From Candidatus Melainabacteria bacterium 17Bon1m (GTDB lineage: Bacteria > Cyanobacteriota > Vampirovibrionia > Obscuribacterales > Obscuribacteraceae), in assembly GCA_032128875.1 (NCBI GenBank), contig JAVLKG010000008.1:64001-128000 (forward strand): 64,000 nt of DNA. The letters run 5' to 3'. The notes beneath the pieces are model-generated. The model made no database searches and had not been told where the DNA came from. It saw nothing but the letters and a program-made list of their open reading frames with translations. Made by a program: the position numbers and the translations under genes. Of this stretch, positions 10,674 through 19,668 are shown piece after piece. Numbering within the stretch: the first letter of the stretch is position 1; each line of letters opens with the position of its first letter.

Positions 10674-10895
10674 ATGGCTCGCACTTTCCATGTCCTCGCC
10701 GATGACGGCAGCATCGACAAGCGTGCAACCCGCGCTCGCCGCCTGCACGGACCCGGTGCCAAGCGCGTTTCCACGCGTCGCAGCACCATCTGGTCCAACA
10801 TCTCCGGCCTCGGTCCCGACGGCAAGGTGCGTCGCGCCAACGGCAGCATCGACCACGCGGCAACGCGTGAAGTCGAGCGCGGCTGGCACGACTAA
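10674..10895 (+). CDS. Small basic repeat protein 1 (2 DGSID-type motifs)
   Basis: AGGAG RBS overlapping the adk stop; FHVLADDGSIDKRATRARRLHG and NGSIDHAATRE. Confidence 0.8.
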   Translation: MARTFHVLADDGSIDKRATRARRLHGPGAKRVSTRRSTIWSNISGLGPDGKVRRANGSIDHAATREVERGWHD

Positions 10896-11195
10896 GCAGT
10901 GACTGGCGTCGAAGCGAAGGAGAAGGTTGCCCACCCGATCCCCGCTTCGGCGCGCAGCCTGCGGTTTGCTCAAAAATTTCGACGGTGAGTGCAGATACCT
11001 GGTTTGCACTTGCCCGGAAGACGCTGACTCTTGCGATGCCGGCAACGGCTCCACGCAGGTGGTCGGCGTATGTGGAGTACCGGTTCGCATGTTGCGTTCC
11101 GGGTTGGTTACAAAACCGACTAAGGGAGCCGCTTACAGGAAGCAGCTTACCTGGTCATGACAGCCCACTTGGGCGAAATGGAGAACTGTTATGAC
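10896..11195 (+). ncRNA. Candidate structured RNA, copy A
   Basis: Colinear with 11596-11990; helices 10906-16/10943-53, 10984-96/11002-14 (loop ACCTG) and 11154-63/11186-95; compensatory changes between copies. Confidence 0.65.
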
Positions 11196-11595
11196 GAACA
11201 TCAACACCACCAATGGCAGCAACGACCTCATCCCCGGCACCAACCTGACCTGGGCTGACGCCGCCGCGATGCACAAGGACTACCTGCGCGACCAGCGTTG
11301 CAAGGGTACCCGCCGCAGCCGCCGCACCCGCACGAACCGTTCGAGCAAGAACGACGGGTTCTACGTGCTGGCGGAGGACGGCAGCATCGACAAGCAGGCC
11401 ACCCGCGAGCGCCGCCTCTTCGGACGCGACGACCGTCAGGTGACCGTGCACCGTGCGCCGCAGGTCGACACGCTGACTTCCGATTGGGACGGGTCGTACT
11501 CGTTCCGCCCGGACGGCAGCATCGACAAGGTCGCCACCCGCGAGCGTCGCCTCTTCGGTGAGCCGGAGAGCTACCTCGCGAGCCTGCTGAACTAA
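11191..11595 (+). CDS. Small repeat protein 2 (2 DGSIDKxATRERRLFG motifs)
   Basis: GGAG RBS, codon bias, two motif copies, Arg-rich linker. Confidence 0.85.
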   Translation: MTNINTTNGSNDLIPGTNLTWADAAAMHKDYLRDQRCKGTRRSRRTRTNRSSKNDGFYVLAEDGSIDKQATRERRLFGRDDRQVTVHRAPQVDTLTSDWDGSYSFRPDGSIDKVATRERRLFGEPESYLASLLN

Positions 11596-11990
11596 GCAAG
11601 TGAAGTTAGCACCGGAGCGTTGGAAGGGCTGCCCGCCTGACCGCGCTCCGGTGCGCTTCTTGCTGTTCGCCCCAGAATTCACGGCAGAGCATTGACGCGC
11701 ATCAGCGCTCGGCTTTGCCCAAAGAGTTTCGAAGCACAAGCAGCTACCTGAGCTGTGCGTGCCCGGAAACGCTGATAGCGGAGATGCCTGCAGCTCTTCG
11801 CTCCAGCGTTTGCAGCGTCACCGGGTGGTGGCGTTGCAAAACCATGACGTGGATGTTTCTGCGTTGTGGAAAGCCGGTTCACTTGTTGTGAGCCGGTTTA
11901 TTTGGTGAACCCGACTAAGGGAGACGCACTCAGGATGCGCCTTACCTGGTCATGACAGCCCACTTGGGCACATGGAGAAACTGTTATGAC
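11596..11990 (+). ncRNA. Candidate structured RNA, copy B
   Basis: Helices 11609-19/11644-54, 11740-45/11751-56 (loop ACCTG) and 11949-58/11981-90; 29 nt identical to copy A (11941-69 = 11146-74). Confidence 0.65.
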
Positions 11991-12495
11991 GAACATCGAA
12001 AACACCACTGGCAACAGCAGCATCAGCGGCGCCGAGCACAAGCACTGGCTCCGTGAACTGCGCATCGATCGCAGCCTCGGTCTCGACCGCGGTGTGCGCA
12101 ACGGCAGCAAGAAGCGTCGGAACAACGAGGCGACTCGTCCGTTCCACGTCCTGGCCGCCGACGGCAGCATCGACAAGCGCGCCACCCGCGAACGCCGCCT
12201 CTTCGGACCGGACGCCACCCCCGTGGTCACCTCCGGCTCGGACGAGAACATCGGCGCCGACTGGGATGGCCGCTACGTCCTGAAGGACGACGGCTCCATC
12301 GACAAGCAGGCCACGCGCGAGCGTCGGCTGTTCGGTGAGCCCGAAGACCTGTACGGCCGTAACGCTGCCGACTACTTCTTCGGCGACGAAGAGGGCGATG
12401 CCGACAGCAGCTTCCACGTCATCGACGAGGACGGCTGCATCGACAAGCAGGCCACGCGCGAGCGCCGGCTGTTCGGTTCCAGCCTCTGGAACTGA
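11986..12495 (+). CDS. Small repeat protein 3 (3 DG(S/C)IDKxATRERRLFG motifs)
   Basis: GGAG RBS, same MTNI start as protein 2, three motif copies. Confidence 0.85.
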   Translation: MTNIENTTGNSSISGAEHKHWLRELRIDRSLGLDRGVRNGSKKRRNNEATRPFHVLAADGSIDKRATRERRLFGPDATPVVTSGSDENIGADWDGRYVLKDDGSIDKQATRERRLFGEPEDLYGRNAADYFFGDEEGDADSSFHVIDEDGCIDKQATRERRLFGSSLWN

Positions 12496-12567
12496 TACCT
12501 GAAGGGCGTCGGCACTCGCGGACTTGATGCGCAAACGCATTAAGCTCTGCGAGCACCGGCGCTGGTA
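12496..12567 (+). other. Long imperfect hairpin closing the repeat-protein array
   Basis: TACC/GGTA, GGCGTCGG/CCGGCGCT, CTCGCGGA/TCTGCGAG, CTTGATGCG-CAAA-CGCATTAAG. Confidence 0.55.
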
Positions 12568-12752
12568 GCCTTGAAAGGCGAGGGTCCTTCCCCTCGTCTT
12601 TCATTTTTAGGGCATTACCTACTGTATGCCATCGTAATTTGAGCAAGAAAAAGAAGCAGGCGACCTGTCCGAGCATTTTCAGCTCGGGACAAATCGCCCA
12701 CTTCAAGACCATTCTCGCTAGTCGTTGTTACGACTAACGGGAATGCAAGGGA

Positions 12753-13334
12753 TTACTTGCGCTTCTGCGTGCGAGGCTTGTCGTCGAAACACGCAGTGCA
12801 CACCTTGGTGCTCGGCTTCAGCCCGCCCAGGATCTTCGCCTCATCTTGCACTCGGCAGAGAATCTGAATCTCTTCGAGCTTGAGGCTGTCACCCTCCAGC
12901 TGCGCGAAGACGTGGGCGCGACAGGCAAGCGCGCGAACGAGTTCGCCGATGTCACCGCTGAACTGCTCGCCCGTGAGCATCCGTGCGATCTTGCGGCATT
13001 CCTGTTTTGCGGCTTGCTTGAGCGCAAGAGAAAAAATACCGCAGGCCACCCGAATATCTCGCCAGGAAGATTTCGGGAAGCCGGCGAAGATCAGCTCGGC
13101 ACGCGCGGCGACGGTATTCTCCGGAGGCGACACACGTTCGTCTGCGCCCGCCGGGAGCATGTTGATCGCGTCATACAACGGGCCCAGACCGGCACGCGCA
13201 TTGAGCACGACGAAAAGATCGATCTTGTCGGGGTCGAACTCGTGTTCGTGAAAAACGCTCAGACAGGGAATCACCTTGATTTCGACGGACGAGCGAAGAG
13301 CAGCGATTGAAGCGGGTTTCTGATTGTCAGTCAT
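12753..13334 (-). CDS. Hypothetical protein
   Basis: 193-aa ORF with AGGAG RBS; no recognised motif. Confidence 0.65.
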   Translation of the reverse strand: MTDNQKPASIAALRSSVEIKVIPCLSVFHEHEFDPDKIDLFVVLNARAGLGPLYDAINMLPAGADERVSPPENTVAARAELIFAGFPKSSWRDIRVACGIFSLALKQAAKQECRKIARMLTGEQFSGDIGELVRALACRAHVFAQLEGDSLKLEEIQILCRVQDEAKILGGLKPSTKVCTACFDDKPRTQKRK

Positions 13335-13792
13335 GACTTTCTCCTATTCTCGTGACTCGTTTCACAGCCGGAACTGCGGTTGGGAAGCTAGAAAAAGCGT
13401 TGCAAATGGAGCTTGCGGGTGCTGCGAAAAAATTCCGGTCGGTGAAAACGAGATGTGGCAAAACCCTATGAAATCGGGCTGGGAAAGCGCAATCGAACCA
13501 AAGTATGATTGCCGATCTCGCGCTAAGTCGACCGCGATAAATGACTGGTTGCTCATGCACTGGCGAACGAACTTCAATGCTCAAAGACCGCACTGCGCCA
13601 GCCCCGGTTCTCGACAAGAGCTAACTGCAACCCTTGAAGACCAATACTTTGGGACTATGATGCAAGCTGCGCCATAATACCCAGGTATGATTTCGCCGCG
13701 CGAAGCTTTTCGCAAGTTAGCGCCAGCTCTTGACGGGCATGCAAAACCCGTCTTGCCTCGATTTTCTATTAGAATGGCTTTGTGTGGAAGGA

Positions 13793-15385
13793 ATGGACGC
13801 CGTGCGCGAACATCAGATCGTCATCAGCCTCAAACCTGAGCAGTTTCAGGAAGTGCAAAAACAAGCTCGGGCAGCTGGAGCTCAGTCTGTTGGCGCCTTC
13901 GTGCGGCAAAATCTGCTCAACTTCCTGGGATTGGAAGAATCGATCAACGCCGGTAAAGCCTCTCAAATGTCTCCCTCTGTCCAAGCTGACCCGGACTGGC
14001 GGTTTATCGCCGGAGAATTGCGCCGCCTGCACCGCGAATTGAAAGTCTTGTCCAGTGAGGCAACTGTATCGAACACCCTGGTGACCGACATAGCCGGTTC
14101 GAACAGTTCGATCAGTGGTCCTACCACTGCGACCGGAGGTCCTCTTCTGGCTTCCACAGTGGCTTTGAGCGAACCTTACAGAGAGCCGGTGCCGGAATAC
14201 AGCCAGCCGGCACAGCATGAAAACTTCCTTACAGATGGCGCGCCGATAGCTGTCGATGACTATTCGGACAATCTCGACGATTCGCTCATTCTTCCCCCAG
14301 CGCATGGTATCACCGGCGGCGGAACGACTCCTTTCTTCCAGACTCCCACGATGCCCAGTCGATCGCCTTTCGGCATGCCGATGTCTTCAGGACTTCCACT
14401 TTCATCGCCTTTCTCGCAGCATACGTTCATGCCGAATATCTCTCCTCTGCCGAGCGATTTGGGCATAGCGGCTCAAGCCCCGGCAAAGCAAGAGTTCACC
14501 GTCGACGAAGGAGATCCGGTCGAAACGACGAAGATTGAGGCAAAACCACAGCAGCCGGCGGAAACGCAACCAATAGCGCAACCCACAGCAACTGAGACCG
14601 CTGCAGCCACGCCCCAAACATCAGCCCAGAGCGCCTCTCAGCTAATAACTCAACCGACATCGCAAGCTGCGTTTCAAACCGCATCTCAAGACCCTCAAGT
14701 TACACAAGCTGCGCAACCCGTTTCACAACCAGACCAACGACCTGCAGCAGCAGCCCAGCTTCCTCCTGCAAATGCTCCCCAGCAACCTCCGGCAGTTCAG
14801 CAACCTGTTGCCCCACCGCAAGCAGCAGCACCTGTACAACCGGAAGCGCCGACTATCACACCTGTGCAAACTCGTTCACAGATTGCTTCTCAAACTCCAG
14901 CTGAGCAGCCAGGAGCATTCGCGCCACAGAAAGACGACATGGAAGTTCTTGCAGACAGAGCGTTTGCAATTTCACCAAGACTTGGCGCAATTGAGCCGGA
15001 AGTTACACTGCAACCGGCACAAAGCCGAAGCTTCGCCGACACTCTTGAAGAATTGCTCGACGCCGGCCTAATCAACCAGGTTTTGTCTCAGACCGAAGTT
15101 GAAGAGGACAATCCTTACGCCGGAGAAGTTGAAGCACCTCCGGAGGATGACCTGGTTCAGGTAATCGTTCAGGAAGTCGACGTACCCTCGCCCGACGCCA
15201 CAGATAGCAAAAACGCCGAAGAGTCCGATAACACGAGCAATAGCGAGCCTGAGGACAGTCAGAATGATCCGCCTGCCGCGATTCAACATGACCCTCCGCC
15301 ACCGCCTCGCCCAATTGGCGGCGCCGATCAATCTGGCGAAGACGAGCCACCCAAGCCACCTCCGCGCCGCAGAAAGTTGATGTAA
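13793..15385 (+). CDS. Hypothetical protein: RHH/MobC-like N-terminus and long Pro/Gln/Ala/acidic disordered region
   Basis: HQIVISLKPEQFQEVQKQARAAGAQSVGAFVRQNLL; low-complexity remainder; start moved to ATG 13793. Confidence 0.75.
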   Translation: MDAVREHQIVISLKPEQFQEVQKQARAAGAQSVGAFVRQNLLNFLGLEESINAGKASQMSPSVQADPDWRFIAGELRRLHRELKVLSSEATVSNTLVTDIAGSNSSISGPTTATGGPLLASTVALSEPYREPVPEYSQPAQHENFLTDGAPIAVDDYSDNLDDSLILPPAHGITGGGTTPFFQTPTMPSRSPFGMPMSSGLPLSSPFSQHTFMPNISPLPSDLGIAAQAPAKQEFTVDEGDPVETTKIEAKPQQPAETQPIAQPTATETAAATPQTSAQSASQLITQPTSQAAFQTASQDPQVTQAAQPVSQPDQRPAAAAQLPPANAPQQPPAVQQPVAPPQAAAPVQPEAPTITPVQTRSQIASQTPAEQPGAFAPQKDDMEVLADRAFAISPRLGAIEPEVTLQPAQSRSFADTLEELLDAGLINQVLSQTEVEEDNPYAGEVEAPPEDDLVQVIVQEVDVPSPDATDSKNAEESDNTSNSEPEDSQNDPPAAIQHDPPPPPRPIGGADQSGEDEPPKPPPRRRKLM

Positions 15386-15757
15386 AAGGGTCCATTTTGC
15401 AACCAAACGTTCCGAACCTGCTCCACAGTTCTTTTCAAAATTGAGCATTTGAAGGGGGAATTCTCCCACCGAGAACAGGCGGAAATTAGTTCTGGTGAAT
15501 TGACGGTCTTAATTTTGTCGCTTAATATCGTCGCTGTTCCGATGGCGGGAACGCTGATCAGCCAGCTTCTGACAGATTTAGTCTATATATGCAATTTAGA
15601 CGGCAAAGACGGGGGTAGAAAAACCCAACTGTCGGCTCCGCTTTAAGCTTGCATGCGCAACAAAATTGGCAATTTGGCGTGGTAAAACCGTGGTATATAG
15701 GATAGACCGATCTCTCTCATGTAGCTGTTTTCTGTCTGACCAAATGGTGGTAATGGC

Positions 15758-16198
15758 ATGTCCAACGACAACATAAATACTGGTAAGGGCGACTTGCAGC
15801 CCAAGCCACCTGATAAAGATTTTGATCCGCTGGAACTACTAAAAGAGCAAGAGTTAAGTAAACAAGCGGAACTGATAGACCTAGCAGTTAACGACGATAT
15901 CGTAGAAGAGACTGGTGACCTTTTAACAGAAGCGGAGCGTGAGACCTTGAGAATGACGGCAGAGCAAGTAGAAACGGCCAGAACAAGCTGGGCCGCCGTT
16001 ATTAAAGACCCGCAAAAATCCTTGCAGGCCTTGGATGAACAACAAAGACGCATCGAAGAATTGATCAAAGCAAAAGACATGGACGGGCTGCGTGAGATGC
16101 AACGCAAAGTTGACGAGCAGCTCAAAATGATTGTTGTGGCAGTGTCAGACGTAAAAAAAGCTCGCGCGTGGGATTCGGTGCTGATAGCAGCTTCCTAA
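15758..16198 (+). CDS. Hypothetical acidic coiled-coil protein
   Basis: 146-aa helical, E/K/Q/L-rich ORF. Confidence 0.7.
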   Translation: MSNDNINTGKGDLQPKPPDKDFDPLELLKEQELSKQAELIDLAVNDDIVEETGDLLTEAERETLRMTAEQVETARTSWAAVIKDPQKSLQALDEQQRRIEELIKAKDMDGLREMQRKVDEQLKMIVVAVSDVKKARAWDSVLIAAS

Positions 16199-16300
16199 CG
16201 GACGCGGCGGATCTCACGCGCAAAGACAACGAAAAGAAAAACTCCTGAGCAGCGCTCAGGAAAGTTTGACGCGTTTCGTTGCAACTGAATCAGAATTGAA

Positions 16301-16442
16301 AGCGTGGGGGCGCGTTGCACGCGCCCTTTTTTCGTTTGTTTATTCCCAAGAAACTTCCAGCTACGCAGGGGAGCAACATGCGGCTCCCTGCCAGGAAAGC
16401 GCATGCGGCTCCCTGTCAGGGAAGCGCATGCGCTTCCCCTAC
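16301..16442. repeat. Cluster of REP-like palindromes between convergent genes
   Basis: AGCGTGGGGGCGCGTTGCACGCGCCCT (16301-27) is near-identical to the reverse complement of 129-155. Three tandem ~25-nt CAGG..GCATGC..CCCT units lie at 16366-16442; the last is GTAG-headed on the minus strand. Confidence 0.75.
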
Positions 16443-16519
16443 GACTACCTAGCAAAAAGGACGACGCTTACGCATCGCCCTTTGTTTGATTCAGATCGAA
16501 AACAGCTTGGCGGAACGGT

Positions 16520-18118
16520 TTAGATATAACCGATCTTCTGATTTTGCGAGCTTGCCGGCGGCAAGATGCGCAAGCGTCTCATCGGCTCGTCACCGACAGA
16601 ACGACTGCTGAGGTTGAAGCGCTCGACCAGTTGGTGCTGCAAGCGGCGGATGTATGAACGTCGAGGAGCAAGCTCGATTGGTTCCATACGATCGACCACA
16701 CGCGTGATGGCCTGGCGTGCTTCTTCCAGAGCAATTTCGGTTTCGTCCACATCTTCTTCGATGTCGACTGCACCGATGGCCGATTCGTCGAGATGCAACG
16801 CCTCGCGCAGAACTTTCTGAATTTGCGGAAGGTTGTTGCTCTTCACTACATAAACCGGCACCTGCTGCGCTTCTGCAAGCGAGTAGATTTTTGCTCCGGC
16901 ACGAGCGTAACTCTTGAGGGCTAAAATCGCATCAGCTTCGTCGATTGATTTGACGACTTCGATCGGCAGTTGGAGCGTCTTTACGACGCGTTCGAGCAAC
17001 CCCTTACTTACTGCATAAGGATAAACTTTGAGGTGTGTATCCTGGGGGTTGCCCCAATCCTGTGAGAAGGCGGCAAGTCCGTCTGCTGAAGGTGCTGCGG
17101 TAACGATTGGCTCTTGCTTTTGAACGACTGCAAAATCGCCGGTAGATTCGTCTCTTTTTCTTATTTCCGGGTGGATTTTCCAACCGCGCAAGAGTTGATC
17201 GACAGAACCGGCTACATCGCGATGAACAGCCAGAGTCTGGCGATCGAGAATTTCGATGCAAACATCAAATGTCGGTTGAGCAGCACGTTCCAAAACAGTC
17301 TTCTGGGTACCACGGCGGCGCGCTTCGTCATCACCCAGAGTTACCGACTGGATGCCGCCGACCAGGTCGACCAAGGTCGGGTTCTTGAGCAAATTGTCGA
17401 GCGCATTACCGTGCGCGGTGCCAATTAGCATCACGCCGCGTTCTGCAATGGTGCGTGCTGCAGCGGCTTCTTGCTCGGTGCCGATTTCGTCGATGATGAT
17501 CACTTCAGGAGTGTGGTTTTCAACCGCCTCGATCATTACCGCGTGTTGTTCACTCGGGTGAGCGACTTGCATACGGCGAGAGCGTCCGATTGCAGGGTGC
17601 GGAACATCGCCGTCGCCGGCAATTTCGTTGGAAGTGTCAATCACGATAACGCGCTTGCCAAGCTCGTCGGCGAGCACGCGACCCATCTCTCTGAGCTTTG
17701 TCGTTTTGCCGACGCCCGGAGGTCCAAGAAAGAGAATCGACTTATTGCTTTCGACAAGGTCGCGGATGACGTTAATCGTTCCACTAATAGCGCGACCGAC
17801 GCGGCAGGTCAAACCAATGATTTTTCCTGAACGATTGCGCAAGGCCGAAATTCTGTGCAGAGTTCGCTCGATACCCGCGCGGTTGTCGCCGGAGAACTGG
17901 CCGATTCTTTCAATCGCCTTCTCCAAATCCATTTCGCTTACTGGCTCGTCCGACAAAACAAGTGTGTGTCTGTCGAGATATCGTGCCTCCGGCAGCCGTC
18001 CAAGGTCAAGCACGACCTCGTAAAGTCCTGTCGAATCCTTTTCCAAAATGCTTCGTATTGCCGGCGGCAATATAGCCAGGAAAGAGGATAGGTCGTCAGC
18101 AGCGGGGATTACTTCCAT
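16520..18118 (-). CDS. Ycf45/SpoIIIAA-like AAA ATPase with C-terminal R3H domain
   Basis: GPPGVGKTT, IDTSNEIAGDGD, AVENHTPEVIIIDEIG, RRLQH (R3H); start moved to ATG 18118 with GGAG RBS. Confidence 0.9.
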   Translation of the reverse strand: MEVIPAADDLSSFLAILPPAIRSILEKDSTGLYEVVLDLGRLPEARYLDRHTLVLSDEPVSEMDLEKAIERIGQFSGDNRAGIERTLHRISALRNRSGKIIGLTCRVGRAISGTINVIRDLVESNKSILFLGPPGVGKTTKLREMGRVLADELGKRVIVIDTSNEIAGDGDVPHPAIGRSRRMQVAHPSEQHAVMIEAVENHTPEVIIIDEIGTEQEAAAARTIAERGVMLIGTAHGNALDNLLKNPTLVDLVGGIQSVTLGDDEARRRGTQKTVLERAAQPTFDVCIEILDRQTLAVHRDVAGSVDQLLRGWKIHPEIRKRDESTGDFAVVQKQEPIVTAAPSADGLAAFSQDWGNPQDTHLKVYPYAVSKGLLERVVKTLQLPIEVVKSIDEADAILALKSYARAGAKIYSLAEAQQVPVYVVKSNNLPQIQKVLREALHLDESAIGAVDIEEDVDETEIALEEARQAITRVVDRMEPIELAPRRSYIRRLQHQLVERFNLSSRSVGDEPMRRLRILPPASSQNQKIGYI

Positions 18119-18189
18119 GTGGTTTCTCCGTAGTCGGTCTGTTGCTGCGGGTTTTGGGTTCCCGCTCAATCGAACACCATTCAAAGGCT

Positions 18190-19668
18190 TCATTTGTTTT
18201 TTACGACCCGTAAGCTCCTTATACCAGTAAACTGCATTAAATACGCAAGGCTCTCTTTTTCAATTAGCTGCCCAGGAACCACCACCGGTGTGCCGGGCGG
18301 ACAGGGTGCAATGCATTCGGCTGCGACACAATCGAGCGCTTCACCCACTGCCACCAAATGCGATGGCAAGCGAAAGGCTTCGCCAGGCTCCATAGAATGC
18401 ACGAAAAGCGGCGGAGCATCAAAAGCTTCAAAGTTTTGCTCGGGCGCATCCGAAAGCTCAGGATCTTTAGCGATTTCCTTGAGTGTTTCCACAAGCAAAT
18501 CGATATCCTTTTGCTCGCTGCCCATGCCCAAAAGGAAAAGAACAGACTGATTGAAAACAGCCTCGACACCAATCCCACGCTGATTCAACTGACCGGCCAG
18601 GTCGACAGAAAATAGAGGTCTGACAAGCACGTGCAGAGGCTCATGAATCGGCGCCTTGGCATACACTTCGTAAGAACCGATAGCGTCGATTTCCCGACGC
18701 AATTTTCCAGCTAATTCAACGACACTCTGCAGACGCTTTGTTCCATCTGCAGAATTCAAAAACTCCACGCAGCGCTCAATCGAAGCCATAAGCTGATAGT
18801 TGGGGCTGGAAGACTGCAGAGCAGTGAGGAAACTTCTGGCCTGGTCAAGAGAAAATCTCGAGTCGTGGGCGATGTGCAAGGCTCCGGTCTGAGTCAAGGC
18901 AGGCAGAGTTTTGTGCAACGAGTGCACGACAATGTCGGCACCACTAGCCAGTGCCGAAACCGGCAGAACATGCGGCGCAAGCAAATGAGCTCCATGAGCT
19001 TCGTCCACGATCAGCAAGACGCCTTTCTTCTTGCAAATCGACGCAATGGTTTTGATGTCGCTGATTGCACCGCCATAAGTGGGCGAGACAATTAATAGAG
19101 TCTGAGCGTTGGTTTCATTGAGCGTGCGCTCAATCGAGTCCGCAGACACATGTTCATAAAAACCGAAAGTGCTGTTCCATTCTGGTTTGTACCAGACAGG
19201 CTCGAGATTGGCCAACGCCAGTCCATTGACACCGGAGCGATGCAAATTAGCAGGAACCAAAATTCTGCGCCCCACTGATGCCGCCGCCATGAGTGCGGCC
19301 ATCAGACATGCAGAAGCTCCATTAACAGAAAGGAAAGTGCGGCGAGAGTTAAACAAGGATGCCAAACTATTTTCAAGACTGAGCAAAACCCCGTCGGGCC
19401 GGCTTAAATCATCAAGTCCCGGCAACTCGGTCACATCAGTGGCAAGTTGCAGAGAAAACGTTTTGTCCGCCCCAAACGCCTGTGGACGCCCTTTATGACC
19501 GGGAGTATGGAAAGAGGCGCGCTCGCCGGCAACCACCTCGGAAATTTTTTCAGCAAGCAAAAACGCTCCCTCCGGCTGGGAAGGAGCTTGCAAATCAGAC
19601 ACAGATACAGTGCCCGAGGAATTCTCGCTGGCAGTGTTTTTTCTCTTCAGTGTGGCGTCGTGAATCAA
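18190..19668 (-). CDS. PLP-dependent Orn/Lys/Arg decarboxylase family protein
   Basis: FHTPGHKG, DVTELPGLDDL, VDEAHGAH, SLHKTL, SSSPNY, PCPPG. Confidence 0.9.
   Translation of the reverse strand: MIHDATLKRKNTASENSSGTVSVSDLQAPSQPEGAFLLAEKISEVVAGERASFHTPGHKGRPQAFGADKTFSLQLATDVTELPGLDDLSRPDGVLLSLENSLASLFNSRRTFLSVNGASACLMAALMAAASVGRRILVPANLHRSGVNGLALANLEPVWYKPEWNSTFGFYEHVSADSIERTLNETNAQTLLIVSPTYGGAISDIKTIASICKKKGVLLIVDEAHGAHLLAPHVLPVSALASGADIVVHSLHKTLPALTQTGALHIAHDSRFSLDQARSFLTALQSSSPNYQLMASIERCVEFLNSADGTKRLQSVVELAGKLRREIDAIGSYEVYAKAPIHEPLHVLVRPLFSVDLAGQLNQRGIGVEAVFNQSVLFLLGMGSEQKDIDLLVETLKEIAKDPELSDAPEQNFEAFDAPPLFVHSMEPGEAFRLPSHLVAVGEALDCVAAECIAPCPPGTPVVVPGQLIEKESLAYLMQFTGIRSLRVVKNK

Noticed and set aside
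11116-11175. Group I intron-like P7 (GACTA...TGGTC)
   Set aside because: No J8/7 AAGAUA-type segment, no recognisable P4-P6 core, and flanking ORFs have their own stops and RBS
10674-12495. Multi-core RiPP precursors
   Set aside because: No adjacent modifying enzyme, peptidase or transporter; TldD/PmbA is about 36 kb away and widespread; not fully excluded
16366-16442. CRISPR-like repeats (also 82-155 and 23291-23354)
   Set aside because: Repeats abut or have only few-nt spacers, are degenerate, and no cas genes are present
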